A stretch of 64,000 nt of DNA. Origin: a virus. Lineage: Duplodnaviria > Caudoviricetes. Made by a program: the position numbers and the translations under genes. Below the pieces are notes generated by a model, which had not been told where the DNA came from, did no database searches, and worked only from the letters and a program-made list of their open reading frames with translations. How positions within the stretch are numbered: position 1 is the stretch's first letter; every line of letters begins with the position of its first letter. The stretch lies in IMG/VR virus record IMGVR_UViG_2513237266_000002, positions 33,677-97,676 of that record; one strand, given 5' to 3'. Shown here piece after piece: positions 28,082 to 38,797 of the stretch.

Positions 28082-28684
28082 ATGGCTCCTAAAAAAAGCT
28101 TCAGAAAAGCCTACGTCGGTATCGTTATGGACATGGCATTAGCCCGTAGCAAAATCAGCAATCGGATGGTTGCTCAGCGCTTAGGTGTGGACGAGACGAC
28201 GATCCGTCGCTGGCGTAAAGAGAATATCGAGTTTGAGCGCGCTTTCACTGAGGCTCGCGAAGCTCTCAGAGAGAAAATAAACCGCGTCGCCGGTAAGAGC
28301 CTGGACGTTCGTAAACGGAAGGTTGTCACCACATCGCCGGATGGTGTGAAAACCACGATTGAAGATGTGCTGCCCACGCACAACGATATTGCTGTTTTCT
28401 CAAAGGTGCTCGGTCTTGGCACCAGCGTCTATAGCGAGGAAGAACGTCAGCGTGATGTGCTTCGCGAGGTGATGAAACACAAGGTGGCTGGGAAATACTC
28501 CGCGCTGGAGGCGGCGCAGCTGCTTGAGGCTGAGGGGGTAAAAGTTCCGACAACCCTGCTTATGGAGCTGGGAGCACCGAAAATTTTCGAACCGTTCAAC
28601 AATATGGATGAGGCAGCCAAAGCCGACGCGGCGAACCTGACCCCGCAGGAAGCAGCAGATATCTACAAAAAATACATGGGCTGA
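28082..28684 (+). CDS. Terminase small subunit (putative)
   Basis: N-terminal HTH (SNRMVAQRLGVDETTIRRW); LTPQEAADIYKKYMG tail; upstream of terL. Confidence 0.75.
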   Translation: MAPKKSFRKAYVGIVMDMALARSKISNRMVAQRLGVDETTIRRWRKENIEFERAFTEAREALREKINRVAGKSLDVRKRKVVTTSPDGVKTTIEDVLPTHNDIAVFSKVLGLGTSVYSEEERQRDVLREVMKHKVAGKYSALEAAQLLEAEGVKVPTTLLMELGAPKIFEPFNNMDEAAKADAANLTPQEAADIYKKYMG

Positions 28685-28830
28685 AAAATGCAAAAACAGG
28701 CGTTTCGAACTAAAAAAACGCTATGCACTTTTTGACCCGTTTTATGCACGTTTTATTCATCCCGATTTGACCACTTTTCTGTTCGAAACAGAGCCTTCAC
28801 GCCGTTTGCGTGATGGGGGCTGTTGCGCCA

Positions 28831-28857
28831 GTGCGGGTAACGACCATTATGTTAAAT
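28831..28857 (+). promoter_or_regulatory. Putative late-promoter motif, copy 1
   Basis: GTGCGGGTAA-N6-TTATGTTAAAT, repeated at 32711. Confidence 0.55.
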
Positions 28858-28882
28858 CGGGGCGTTTTTGAGGAATTTTTCT

Positions 28883-30499
28883 GTGCCGATCCCGTTCCCC
28901 TTTGATTTCCGCAAACCGGACTATACCGCCGTGTTTGAGTGGAGAATGGAGAGGCTGGAGCGGATCAGGAAAGCGCCTGAAATGCTTCCGGCGCTCCGTG
29001 AGTTTTACCGTACTAACCCGGCCCAGTTCATCATCGACTGGGGCATGACGACGGACCCGCGTAACCTCGATTTCGGGCTTCCCGTGTCCATACCATTCTT
29101 GCTGTTTCCGAAACAGGAAGAGTGGATAAATTGGATTATGGATCGCCGCAAGGGGCTAGAGAACGGACTGACGGAAAAGAGTCGAGAAATGGGGTTAAGC
29201 TGGACCTCTATTGGGCTGGCCTGTTCGCTTTGCCTGTTCAACAAAGAAATGGTGATCGGGTTCGGTTCCCGTAAAGAGGAATATGTCGACAGTACCGGTA
29301 GCCCGAAAGCGCTGTTCTGGAAAGCGCGTAAATTCGTTGAAATGCTACCTGTCGAATTCCGGGGAGGTTGGAACTATAAGAAACATGCACCTTACATGCG
29401 AGTGGAGTTTCCGGAGAGCGGCTCGGTAATTACTGGGGAAGCTGGCGACAATATCGGACGTGGTGACCGCACCACCCTTTATTTCGTGGATGAGGCGGCA
29501 TTCCTTAAGCGTCCTCAGCTTATCGAAGCATCTCTTTCGCAAACCACACGCTGTCGTATCGACCTCTCATCGGTCAACGGCATGGCTAATCCGTTCGCCC
29601 AGAAGCGGCACAGTGGGAAAATCCCTGTGTTTACTTTCCACTGGCGCAGCGATCCGCGCAAGGATGATGAGTGGTACCGCAAAGAATGCGACAAAATCGA
29701 TAACCCCGTTGTTGTGGCACAGGAGCTCGACCTGAACTACAACGCGTCTGCCGAAGGTGTGCTGATTCCAAATGAATGGGTGCAGGCTGCCGTCGACGCG
29801 CATATCAAACTGGGTATTCAGCCAACCGGCAAACGCCTGGGCGCAATGGACGTTGCCGACGAGGGCCGGGACAAAAACTCGTTTTCTACACGTCATGGTT
29901 TCCTGCTGGAGAATGTGCGCGAATGGTCCGGTGTGGGCAGCGATATTTACCAGTCTGTTGAGAAAGTTTTCGGCTACTGCGACAAAGACAACCTCGAAGA
30001 GTATCGCTTTGACGAAGACGGCCTCGGCGCAGGTGTTCGTGGTGATGCAAGAGCCATCAACGAGCTACGCAGCGCCGCAAGTCGGCCAATGATACTTGCC
30101 ACGCCTTTTCGTGGTAGTGGTGGCGTGTTCGACCCAGAAGACGAAGCCGTACGCGGTGACAACGGGCAAAATGCCCGACTTAATAAGGATTTCTTTGCTA
30201 ACGCTAAAGCACAAAGCTGGTGGCATCTACGCAAGCTTTTCAGGAATACCTACCGCGCAGTAGTTGAGGGTATGGACTATGACCCTGACGAAATCATTTC
30301 CATCAGCAGCACGATGAAAAGCAAAGACAAACTCATCATCGAACTTTCACAACCGACTTATTCCATTAATGGCGTAGGGAAAATATCAGTTAATAAACAA
30401 CCTGATGGCACTAAGTCGCCTAACCTGGCTGACTCTGTGATGATTAACTACGCGCCGATGGATTCCTCTCTCGATATCTGGTCCAAACTCGGAGCATAA
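28883..30499 (+). CDS. terL: Terminase large subunit
   Basis: KSREMGLS Walker A, YFVDEAA Walker [10 protein letters not shown] and SPNLAD nuclease motifs. Confidence 0.93.
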   Translation: MPIPFPFDFRKPDYTAVFEWRMERLERIRKAPEMLPALREFYRTNPAQFIIDWGMTTDPRNLDFGLPVSIPFLLFPKQEEWINWIMDRRKGLENGLTEKSREMGLSWTSIGLACSLCLFNKEMVIGFGSRKEEYVDSTGSPKALFWKARKFVEMLPVEFRGGWNYKKHAPYMRVEFPESGSVITGEAGDNIGRGDRTTLYFVDEAAFLKRPQLIEASLSQTTRCRIDLSSVNGMANPFAQKRHSGKIPVFTFHWRSDPRKDDEWYRKECDKIDNPVVVAQELDLNYNASAEGVLIPNEWVQAAVDAHIKLGIQPTGKRLGAMDVADEGRDKNSFSTRHGFLLENVREWSGVGSDIYQSVEKVFGYCDKDNLEEYRFDEDGLGAGVRGDARAINELRSAASRPMILATPFRGSGGVFDPEDEAVRGDNGQNARLNKDFFANAKAQSWWHLRKLFRNTYRAVVEGMDYDPDEIISISSTMKSKDKLIIELSQPTYSINGVGKISVNKQPDGTKSPNLADSVMINYAPMDSSLDIWSKLGA

Positions 30500-30504
30500 C
30501 CGCT

Positions 30505-31956
30505 ATGGCGAAAAAAACAGAAAGAGTCGCCACAGCAGACTCTTACGATAACTTTGTGGCGCGGGTTGGCCTGCAGCAGCCAAATCAGCATGCAGCATCA
30601 ACTTACCGCGCCAATTACACCAGCCGCAACCGTCTGCTGGTGGAGTGGGCCTATCGTTCATCGTGGATTATCGGTGCTGCTGTCGATGCCAAGCCTGACG
30701 ATATGACGAAAAAAGGGGCCAGAATCACCAGCGAAATCGATCCGAGGCGCCGGGGTATTCTGGAAGCCAGATTTGAAGAGCTGAAGTTATGGGAACGGCT
30801 GAATCTCGTTCTGAAATGGTCAAGGCTGTATGGCGGTGCCGTGGGGTTAATCCTCATCGAGGGTCAGGCACCATTGACGCCGCTGGTGCTGGATAAAGTA
30901 GGGAAAGGCAGCTTTAAAGGCCTCGCCGTGCTTGACCGCTGGATGATTAACCCGAACCTCGGGCGGCGTATCAAGACGCTTGGACCGGAGCTTGGTAAGC
31001 CTGAAACCTACGATATTGTGACCTCGGCGCAGGGTATTCCCCCGTGGACGGTGAACTATAGCCGACTGATTCGCATGGATGGCATAACCCTCCCGTATCA
31101 GCAGGCCCTCACGGAAAACGAGTGGGGGATGTCCGTTGTAGAGCGGATCTTCGACCGCCTGACATCGTATGACAGTACGAGTGTTGGTGCGGCACAACTC
31201 GCTTACAAAGCGCATCTACGCACGGCAAAAATCAAGGAACTGCGCAAAATTATTGCGATGGGCGGAAAGCCATACGAAGCGCTGCTCAAACAAATGGACA
31301 TGGTGCGCCAGTTCCAGACCAATGAGGGGATGTCTCTCTTTGATGCTGAAGATACCTTCGAAACTCATTCCTACTCGTTCGCCGGATTATCCGACCTGCT
31401 GAGCGAGTTCAAAGAAGATATTGCCGGTGCCGTTGGTATTCCACTGGTCCGCCTGTTTCGACAGTCGCCGAAGGGTTTTTCAACGGGCGATTCTGACCTG
31501 GCTAACTACTACGACGATATCGGTGCGCTACAGGAAAACACCCTGAGAGCACCGGTTCGGCTGCTTTATGACGTACTTCATCGTTCGGAGTTTGGCGAAC
31601 CGCTGCCTGACGATTTTACATTCGAATTTAACCCACTCTGGCAGATGTCAGATGTTGATCGTTCGACTGTGGCAACCAATACCACTACCGCACTGGCGAC
31701 CGCTGTGCGTGAACTGGGAATGCCTCCTGCCGCCGCACTAACCGACCTCAGGGAAACGGCGCGCGTGACAGGTATCGGCGCATCCATTACCGACGAGGAT
31801 ATTGACCATGCGAAGGCCCAGTGGTCGGAGGATGAATCTGAAACCAGCCCTCCGCCGACGTTCGGAAATACAGTACCGCAAAAGCCTGTTGGCGATAGCA
31901 AACCAGATCGGGGAAATCGTAGCAGGCTCTTACGATGGTTCACAGGCCAGCGCTGA
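30505..31956 (+). CDS. Portal protein (DUF1073 type)
   Basis: RLYGG, GIPLVRLF..SPKGFSTGDSDLANYYD, FNPLWQ; synteny. Confidence 0.88.
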   Translation: MAKKTERVATADSYDNFVARVGLQQPNQHAASTYRANYTSRNRLLVEWAYRSSWIIGAAVDAKPDDMTKKGARITSEIDPRRRGILEARFEELKLWERLNLVLKWSRLYGGAVGLILIEGQAPLTPLVLDKVGKGSFKGLAVLDRWMINPNLGRRIKTLGPELGKPETYDIVTSAQGIPPWTVNYSRLIRMDGITLPYQQALTENEWGMSVVERIFDRLTSYDSTSVGAAQLAYKAHLRTAKIKELRKIIAMGGKPYEALLKQMDMVRQFQTNEGMSLFDAEDTFETHSYSFAGLSDLLSEFKEDIAGAVGIPLVRLFRQSPKGFSTGDSDLANYYDDIGALQENTLRAPVRLLYDVLHRSEFGEPLPDDFTFEFNPLWQMSDVDRSTVATNTTTALATAVRELGMPPAAALTDLRETARVTGIGASITDEDIDHAKAQWSEDESETSPPPTFGNTVPQKPVGDSKPDRGNRSRLLRWFTGQR

Positions 31957-32560
31957 CAAAACCGCCAGCACCCTTGTGGACTATTCGGACGTCATCAGCG
32001 ACTGGGCGGAAATGGTAGGTCGCAAAATGTTTGCCCAGGTCGAGCGCGAAGAGTGGAACCAGTGGCGATCTGTCTCAGAAGAGATTGCAGCTGGTCTGCG
32101 TAATGTGGTGGGTAACACTCCTGTCGGGCAGGTGGCGCAGGATATCGTTTATCGTCAGATCCAACTGATGAAGTCCCTGCCTCTGGAGGCTGCTGATCGC
32201 GTGATGGACATACAGCAACGCGCAATGCAGGCGGTTATCACTGGCGAACGTCCGGATCAGCTCTACGAGATGATTATGGCTTCCGGTGACGTTGCCGTCA
32301 GCAGGGCGCAACTAATTGCCCGCACAGAGATTGGCCGAGCAACCGGCGCGCTGACACAGGCCCGAGCCCTTTCGGTTGGCTCAGAGGGTTACTGGTGGCG
32401 TATTCATGGCGCTGGCACTCGCCCGTCACACAGGAAAATGAAAGATAAATTTGTTCGCTGGGGTAACCCTCCAACTCTGGACGGTATGACCGGACACGCC
32501 GGATGTCTGCCGAACTGCGAATGCTGGCCTGAAGTACAGATTCCAGCACCGAGAAAATGA
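31832..32560 (+). CDS. Head morphogenesis protein (SPP1 gp7/MuF)
   Basis: RAQLIARTE, RPSH, HAGCLPNCEC. Confidence 0.88.
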   Translation: MNLKPALRRRSEIQYRKSLLAIANQIGEIVAGSYDGSQASADKTASTLVDYSDVISDWAEMVGRKMFAQVEREEWNQWRSVSEEIAAGLRNVVGNTPVGQVAQDIVYRQIQLMKSLPLEAADRVMDIQQRAMQAVITGERPDQLYEMIMASGDVAVSRAQLIARTEIGRATGALTQARALSVGSEGYWWRIHGAGTRPSHRKMKDKFVRWGNPPTLDGMTGHAGCLPNCECWPEVQIPAPRK

Positions 32561-32710
32561 AAAATACGGCTTTGAGCGTACATTTTATGCGAACTGCAAT
32601 ACCTGCGAAATGTTATGGAAATGTTGTGTTCGAAAAGTCCGCTTTTCAGCCTGGTTAATCGCTACTTTTACGGCTTTAAGGGGACATTTTAATCGAGTCC
32701 ATTTTCGTCG

Positions 32711-32737
32711 GTACGGGTAAGAACTCTTATGTTAAAT
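32711..32737 (+). promoter_or_regulatory. Putative late-promoter motif, copy 2
   Basis: GTACGGGTAA-N6-TTATGTTAAAT. Confidence 0.55.
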
Positions 32738-32821
32738 AGCCCGTTATTTTGAACATTTTTCCCATCTCACAAGGTCGCCACTGAGCGGCCTTTTTACTGC
32801 CCGCAATCCAGCAGGTAAACC

Positions 32822-34024
32822 ATGAAATATTTCTTTAAAACCCGCCTGGGGAACACCCGTTTCCAACTGGCAGATGGCTCGGTGCTTTTTAAGGACGTGC
32901 CGATAGGTCGCACCGGCGAGCAGGAATATGACGCCACCGAACGCCCGGAGCTGGTGCCGGATGCCCGAGGAAAGGTGATTGTCAGACGCACGCCGGAAGA
33001 GGTCTTTAGCGAGCGTGCGATGGCTTCCTTTGAAGGTATGGCGGTGACCATCGGCCACCCTCGCGACTTCAACGGGGAAATTATCTTTGTCACCCCGGAG
33101 AACTGGCGGCAGTTAGCCAACGGGCACATTCAGAACGTCAGGCGCGGGCAAGGTTCAGAATCCGACCTGTTGCTTGCTGATGTCATCGTTAAAACCCCCG
33201 AGGGGTTACAGGCCATCGACGATGGTGACGATGAAGTCAGTTGTGGGTATGACGCTGATTATGAACAAATCTCACCCGGACTCGCAAATCAGTCTGCGAT
33301 AACCGGTAACCATCTGGCTCTTGTCCCTAACGGGCGGGCCGGTTTCCGCTGCAAAATAGGGGATGCTATGCCTAGCACGACTAAAAACTGGTTTACCCGG
33401 CTTTTAAAGGCCCGTAAAACCAACGACGCCGCCGAAATGGCGAACCTTATCGATAACCCGCCGGACAATATGACTGGTGATACCGACGATGTGACGTCAT
33501 CCATGACGCCTGGCGGGGTGGTGATTAATCTCTCGCCTCAGGCCCCGATGCCTGCACCGACGCTGCCCGTAACTACTGATGCGGAAGAGGATATCCCGGA
33601 ATGGGGTAAGGCGCTGATTGCCGCAGTGGCAAAGCTCACCCCGACTGCGCCGACCACGGTCGATGAGGATGAGGACGAAAAAGGCGAGGTAGAGGGCGCT
33701 GTGACAGGTGATGCCGCTTACCGTGCCGACCTGATTCAGCCGGGTATTCAACTGCCGACGAAAGTTAAGCCCACGGCGTTTAAACGCCAGATCCTTGCCG
33801 CTGCCGATCAGACGCTGGTTCGTTCCATCGTTGGCGATGCGGATGTTACTGGCCTGAAAAAAGCCACCGTAGATATGGCGTTTAACGCCGTGTCTGAACT
33901 GGCTAAAAACCGCAATACCGCCGCGCAGACTGTCGACAGTTTCCGCACGATGACTACCAACACCACAAAATCTATCGCGGAAATCAATAAAGCCGCGAAA
34001 GAACTCTGGGCTAAACGAGGCTAA
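32822..34024 (+). CDS. DUF2213 prohead protease-scaffold
   Basis: VPIGRTG, TIGHP, EVSCGY, NHLALV..GRAG; acidic scaffold tail. Confidence 0.88.
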   Translation: MKYFFKTRLGNTRFQLADGSVLFKDVPIGRTGEQEYDATERPELVPDARGKVIVRRTPEEVFSERAMASFEGMAVTIGHPRDFNGEIIFVTPENWRQLANGHIQNVRRGQGSESDLLLADVIVKTPEGLQAIDDGDDEVSCGYDADYEQISPGLANQSAITGNHLALVPNGRAGFRCKIGDAMPSTTKNWFTRLLKARKTNDAAEMANLIDNPPDNMTGDTDDVTSSMTPGGVVINLSPQAPMPAPTLPVTTDAEEDIPEWGKALIAAVAKLTPTAPTTVDEDEDEKGEVEGAVTGDAAYRADLIQPGIQLPTKVKPTAFKRQILAAADQTLVRSIVGDADVTGLKKATVDMAFNAVSELAKNRNTAAQTVDSFRTMTTNTTKSIAEINKAAKELWAKRG

Positions 34025-34027
34025 AAC

Positions 34028-34522
34028 ATGGCTAACACCATTCTTTACCGGATGCCTGCGGGCATTGCCGGGGGTATTTCACGCCCACAGGATTTAACCG
34101 TAGAGCCGCATATTCTCGATGCGACTAAACCTTTCCCGGCGTATGGGCTGGGCGGGAAGATTGTCGGGGGTAAGTTTGTTCCCATCGAGGCAGCCGACCC
34201 GGTGACAGTAATGGCGGGGATTTTTGTTCGCCCTTATCCAACGGCTTCGCAGCCCGACAAGATTCGCCAGGTTGGCACCGGCTACAACTTTGCCGGCGAC
34301 AATCTGAAACGCGGCTATGTCACGGTCAACATCGGCGGTGATGCCTCTTCTGTTGCGCTCTATGCCCCGGTATTTATGCGCGTCGGCACTCCGACCGCCG
34401 CAAGCCCGCTGGGCGCTTTCCTCGCGGCTGCCGACGATGCAAACACCGTTCAGATCACCAATGCCTATTTCAATGGCCCCGGCGACGCCGATGGCAATAT
34501 TGAACTGGCATATAACATTTAA
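34028..34522 (+). CDS. Capsid decoration/cement protein
   Basis: Between scaffold and capsid; RMPAGIAG start. Confidence 0.7.
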   Translation: MANTILYRMPAGIAGGISRPQDLTVEPHILDATKPFPAYGLGGKIVGGKFVPIEAADPVTVMAGIFVRPYPTASQPDKIRQVGTGYNFAGDNLKRGYVTVNIGGDASSVALYAPVFMRVGTPTAASPLGAFLAAADDANTVQITNAYFNGPGDADGNIELAYNI

Positions 34523-34535
34523 GGGAGCATGACAA

Positions 34536-35477
34536 ATGCCAATGACCTTCGATCAGGCAACAGTCGACAGTACTGGTGCTTTTTTGGTTCACGAACTGGA
34601 ACGACTTGACCAGTCCCTGAACCTGCCGCTGACATCCCAGACGTGGAGCCGCGATATCGAACTGCGTGAAGATGTTTCTATCGCGGATGAGATGAGCTCT
34701 TTCACCAACACCACGTTTGCGGCCGCTGGCTCCCCGAACGCAAATGGTAAAAACTGGATCAACCAGTTAGCCACTGCTATCTCCGGACTGAATGTCGATA
34801 TCACCAAAACAGGTTTTCCTCTGGAACTGTGGGGGATGGAGCTGGGTTGGACCGTGGTTGAACTCGCTGCCGCTGCTCAGGTTGGCCGCCCGATTGACAC
34901 CCAGAAGTACGACGGCATGCAGCTCAAATGGAACATGGACACGGACGAGCAGGTTTATATCGGGGATGCAGCAAAAGGTGCCAAAGGTCTGCTGAACCTG
35001 CCGCAGGTCACGCCGACAAACGCGGCGAAGACCTTCGCAACATCCACCCCTGATGAAATTCGGGCTGCCATCAACCAGGTGCTGAGCAATGCGTGGGTTC
35101 GCTCGGCATATTCGAAAGTACCGGAAGATTTGCTGATCCCACCGGAACAGTATTCTTTCCTTGCAAGCACAATTGTTTCTTCTGCGGGTAACCAGTCTCT
35201 GTTGACCTATCTGGAGACCAACACAATCGCTTTCCACCAGAACGGTAAGCCGTTGAACATCCGTCCGGTCAAATGGGCTATCGGACGCGGCGTTGCAAAC
35301 AAGGACCGTATGGTGGCGTACACGAACGATAAAAAGTTTGTCCGCTTCCCGATGGTCCCTTTGCAGAGCGTTCCGATCCAGTATCGCGGCATTTACCAGC
35401 TGGTGACCTATTACGGCAAGCTGGGCGCAGTTGAGCCGGTATACCCGGAAACCCTGAACTACATGGATGGCATTTAA
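34536..35477 (+). CDS. Major capsid protein (DUF2184)
   Basis: GAFLVHELERLD, DRMVAY, YMDGI; followed by terminator. Confidence 0.88.
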   Translation: MPMTFDQATVDSTGAFLVHELERLDQSLNLPLTSQTWSRDIELREDVSIADEMSSFTNTTFAAAGSPNANGKNWINQLATAISGLNVDITKTGFPLELWGMELGWTVVELAAAAQVGRPIDTQKYDGMQLKWNMDTDEQVYIGDAAKGAKGLLNLPQVTPTNAAKTFATSTPDEIRAAINQVLSNAWVRSAYSKVPEDLLIPPEQYSFLASTIVSSAGNQSLLTYLETNTIAFHQNGKPLNIRPVKWAIGRGVANKDRMVAYTNDKKFVRFPMVPLQSVPIQYRGIYQLVTYYGKLGAVEPVYPETLNYMDGI

Positions 35478-35486
35478 TCCAGATAC

Positions 35487-35509
35487 AGCCCCTTCACAGG
35501 GGCTTTTTT
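35487..35509 (+). terminator. Terminator after capsid gene
   Basis: AGCCCC-ttcaca-GGGGCT + T run. Confidence 0.75.
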
Positions 35510-35522
35510 CTAAGGAATTCCA

Positions 35523-35804
35523 ATGAAGAAAATCTATGTACTGACTGCGTTCAACTTCAACGACGGCACCAGCATCAAAACGTTTACTCCCGGCTTTCAT
35601 GATGTCGAAAGCGACGTAGCGGATCACTGGTTTGTGAAAGCGCACTGCTCACCGGATGGTGAGGCCCCTGCGCTGGAAGACGACCCGCGTATTGCTGAGC
35701 TTGAAGCGTTGGTGGCAGAGCAGGCGACCCGTATTGCTGAGCTTGAAGAGCAACTTGCAGAGGCTAAAGCCAATGGCAAAAAACAAAAGCCTGCCGACGC
35801 CTGA
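35523..35804 (+). CDS. Small head-associated protein with coiled-coil repeat
   Basis: [10 protein letters not shown]; RIAELE repeated twice. Confidence 0.7.
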   Translation: MKKIYVLTAFNFNDGTSIKTFTPGFHDVESDVADHWFVKAHCSPDGEAPALEDDPRIAELEALVAEQATRIAELEEQLAEAKANGKKQKPADA

Positions 35805-36189
35805 GAAATTCCGCGCTGACTTCCCGCCGTTCGCTGATGAAACAAAATACCCCACGACGATGATTCAGGCCCGCCTCTCTCTGGCGGATGTGCTGATGAG
35901 TGAATCCCGGTTCGGTGAAGACATTTTCCCCTATGTCGTTGAGTTATTCGTCGCGCATTACATGGCGCTTTACGCGGCTGACATGCGCGGTGCGGCGGTC
36001 GGGAGTGCCGGTGGTACAAACAGCGGGGTACAGACATCGAAATCAGTGGACAAGGTTTCTGTGAGCTATGACGCCAGCATGACCATGAATCCTGATGCGG
36101 GTTTCTGGAACAACACCCGCTACGGCGCTGAATTCTGGGAATACCTGATGATTTTCGGTGCCGGGGCTATTCAACTGGGGACGCCGTAA
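35773..36189 (+). CDS. Head-tail adaptor (DUF4054)
   Basis: [24 protein letters not shown]. Confidence 0.8.
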   Translation: MAKNKSLPTPEKFRADFPPFADETKYPTTMIQARLSLADVLMSESRFGEDIFPYVVELFVAHYMALYAADMRGAAVGSAGGTNSGVQTSKSVDKVSVSYDASMTMNPDAGFWNNTRYGAEFWEYLMIFGAGAIQLGTP

Positions 36190-36695
36190 TGAAAAGTGGC
36201 CTGGCGATACGTGCGGACAATGCCGAGTCTGTTCTGGAATCCCTCAGACAGTTATCCGGAATGGATGTGCTGGTGGGCATCCCTGAGGATAAGGCTGGGC
36301 GTGAGGATGGCTCACCGATTAATAACGCGGAACTGGGTTACCTCCATTCAACGGGCGCAACGGTGGAAATCGACGGTACGACAGTCACGCTTCCCCCGCG
36401 TCCTTTTCTGGAAATGGGGATCGAGGACTCAAAACCCCGAACAACTGCGCACCTCAAAGCAGCGGCAACTGCCGCGCTGGAGGGACAGACCGAAGCCGCA
36501 ATGCGTGAGCTGGAGAGCGCCGGACAGATTGCCCGTGATGCTGCAAAAGTTGTTATCGGTGCTGGCGACCGACTGCACCCTCTTTCTGAGAAAACCCTTG
36601 AGCGCAGACGTGCTGAGGGCATCCCCGGCGACAAGCCGCTGTATGCCCACGGTTACCTGTTGCGCTCAATTAACTACGTCGTGAGGAAAAAATAA
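36189..36695 (+). CDS. Neck / virion morphogenesis protein
   Basis: VLVGIP, LPPRPFL, KPL..G.L..SINY. Confidence 0.75.
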   Translation: MKSGLAIRADNAESVLESLRQLSGMDVLVGIPEDKAGREDGSPINNAELGYLHSTGATVEIDGTTVTLPPRPFLEMGIEDSKPRTTAHLKAAATAALEGQTEAAMRELESAGQIARDAAKVVIGAGDRLHPLSEKTLERRRAEGIPGDKPLYAHGYLLRSINYVVRKK

Positions 36696-37099
36696 TGCCT
36701 CTTCTCGATGTGAGCGATGTTCTTCTCGATCCCGACTTCATGGACACCAGTCTGGTGTGTCATCGGCAGGTTCAGACGGTGGATGAGGACAATTTCGCGA
36801 AAAACACAGTTCAGGATATCCCATTCTCTGGCGTGGTGACGGTTGACCGTTCTCTGGAAGCCAGGCGAATGGAGGCAGGCCAGAACATCAGCGGTGCGAT
36901 CCTCATCGTGACGCAGTTCAGATTAACTCAGGGCCAGCCCGGTACAGACAGCACCCCGCGACTTGATGCCGATATCGTGACCTATAACGGACGCGACTAT
37001 CGCGTGACGTTCGTCGACCCGTACACCAGTTACGGCACCGGATTCGTCCAGGCACATTGTGAGCTGGTGGATTTTAACGGAGGGACGCCTGTTGAGTAA
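36695..37099 (+). CDS. Head closure protein
   Basis: Synteny; DIVTYNGRDYRV. Confidence 0.7.
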   Translation: MPLLDVSDVLLDPDFMDTSLVCHRQVQTVDEDNFAKNTVQDIPFSGVVTVDRSLEARRMEAGQNISGAILIVTQFRLTQGQPGTDSTPRLDADIVTYNGRDYRVTFVDPYTSYGTGFVQAHCELVDFNGGTPVE

Positions 37100-37637
37100 C
37101 GACAGCACAGTGCGCGGGTATCTGACGCCTGTCGGGGATGGTCCCCAGTATGACGAGGCGTTGGAGCGTGAAATTAGCCGGTGGATTCGTGGTGTTTCTG
37201 GCCTGCCGGCCTCTCTGGTTTTCCCCCGATGGACAGACCCGCAGCCGCAGATCCCCAACAACGGGGTGACGTGGTGCGGTTTCGGTATCACTACCGTTCC
37301 GCAGCCGTTAAGCCAGTCCGATGTTCAGGTATCGGAAGAACAGTCCGAGCAATGGATATGGGAGCAGGTCACCGTGATTTGCTGCTTTTATGGGCCTCAG
37401 GGAGCCAGCACTGCATCAACTTTCCGCGCGGGGATATTCGTCGAGCAGAACAACGCCGAGCTGAACCGTTCGGGGCTTTCGCTGGTGGAGGCCGGGACTA
37501 TTTACAACCTGCCAGAGTTCATTAACAACCAGTGGGTAAGGCGCTACGACCTCACCATTACGCTGTCCCGCAAAAACATTCGTACCTACAACGTCCGGAC
37601 GCTGCAAGATGCGCCCGTCTCATTTTTCGGAGACTAA
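37092..37637 (+). CDS. Tail terminator / neck protein
   Basis: Precedes sheath; WVRRYDL. Confidence 0.7.
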   Translation: MSNDSTVRGYLTPVGDGPQYDEALEREISRWIRGVSGLPASLVFPRWTDPQPQIPNNGVTWCGFGITTVPQPLSQSDVQVSEEQSEQWIWEQVTVICCFYGPQGASTASTFRAGIFVEQNNAELNRSGLSLVEAGTIYNLPEFINNQWVRRYDLTITLSRKNIRTYNVRTLQDAPVSFFGD

Positions 37638-37640
37638 ATT

Positions 37641-38786
37641 ATGCCGCAGGGATTACCTGTATCTAACGTCGTTAATGTCGACGTGATCATTGGGCCGCGT
37701 GCGGCTACTGGTCGAAACTTTGGTTCGCTGCTCATTCTCGGGAGCTCAACGGTTATCCCGGTTTCTGAACGCATTCGCCTCTACTCATCCCCGGAAGATA
37801 TCGGCACAGATTTCGGCGTGGATAGTCCAGAATATGAAGCCGCTACCGTGTATTTCTCGCAGTCACCGAAACCTCAGCAGGTGTATGTCGGTCGCTGGGC
37901 TAAAACGCTGGTATCGGCTGAAAGCGGTTCGGCGGAAACGCTGCTGCAGGCGGTGAACGCCGTTCTGAATTACACGAACTGGTACGGTCTGGCCGTGGCT
38001 GACGATGAAGATATCGACGATGCCGACTGGCTGAGCGTGGCCGCTGCGATCGAGGCCTCCAGTCTCAGCCGAATTCTGGCGATTACCACTGCAGAGCCTG
38101 AGACGGTAAACGCGACCTCCACTACCGATCTGGCTTATAAGCTGAAGGCGGCAAAATACGCTCGCACGTTTGTGCAGTATTCCACCAGCAGCAAGTACGC
38201 CGCACTGTCTGCATTTGGTCGCGCGTTCACGGTGAATTTCAACGGCAGCAACACCACCATCACCCTGAAATTCAAGCAGGAGCCGGGGATCACCTATGAA
38301 ACCCTGACCACCAATCAGGCGGCGGCGCTGGATGCCAAAAACTGCAACGTATTTGTGTACTACCAGAACGATACGGCCATCCTGCAGCAGGGCGTCATGT
38401 CCAGCGGCGATTTCTTCGATGAGCGCCACGGGCTCGACTGGCTGCAGAACTACGTTCAGACCAACCTGTATAACCTGCTCTACACCAGCATAACCAAAGT
38501 CCCACAGACTGATGCTGGCGTTACGCGCCTGCTTTCTAATGTTGAACAGTCGATGGATCAGTCCGTCACGAACGGGCTGGTGGCTGCTGGCGTATGGAAC
38601 GGTGGCCCGATTGGGCAACTGGATTCCGGCGACACGCTGACAAAAGGCTATTACGTATACGCGCAGCCGATTTCCGAGCAGGCGCAGGCAGACCGTGAAG
38701 CACGTAAGGCACCGGTTATTCAGGTGGCCTGTAAGCTGGCGGGTGCGGTTCATTTCGCTGATGTGCAGATCAACGTCGTTCGCTAA
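37641..38786 (+). CDS. Tail sheath protein (DUF3383)
   Basis: [28 protein letters not shown]. Confidence 0.88.
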   Translation: MPQGLPVSNVVNVDVIIGPRAATGRNFGSLLILGSSTVIPVSERIRLYSSPEDIGTDFGVDSPEYEAATVYFSQSPKPQQVYVGRWAKTLVSAESGSAETLLQAVNAVLNYTNWYGLAVADDEDIDDADWLSVAAAIEASSLSRILAITTAEPETVNATSTTDLAYKLKAAKYARTFVQYSTSSKYAALSAFGRAFTVNFNGSNTTITLKFKQEPGITYETLTTNQAAALDAKNCNVFVYYQNDTAILQQGVMSSGDFFDERHGLDWLQNYVQTNLYNLLYTSITKVPQTDAGVTRLLSNVEQSMDQSVTNGLVAAGVWNGGPIGQLDSGDTLTKGYYVYAQPISEQAQADREARKAPVIQVACKLAGAVHFADVQINVVR

Positions 38787-38797
38787 GGAGAACATGA

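Noticed and set aside
30505-31956. Anti-CBASS (Acb1) protein, a label sometimes attached to DUF1073
   Set aside because: Position after terL, size and motifs indicate portal; no separate phosphoesterase domain seen
35688-35748. 19-bp direct repeat as a recombination site
   Set aside because: It encodes the repeated RIAELE coiled-coil segment within a CDS
34767-38795. Long minus-strand ORFs (34767-35645, 37863-38795) and similar antisense ORFs elsewhere
   Set aside because: Shadows of well-supported plus-strand genes, with no motifs or RBS
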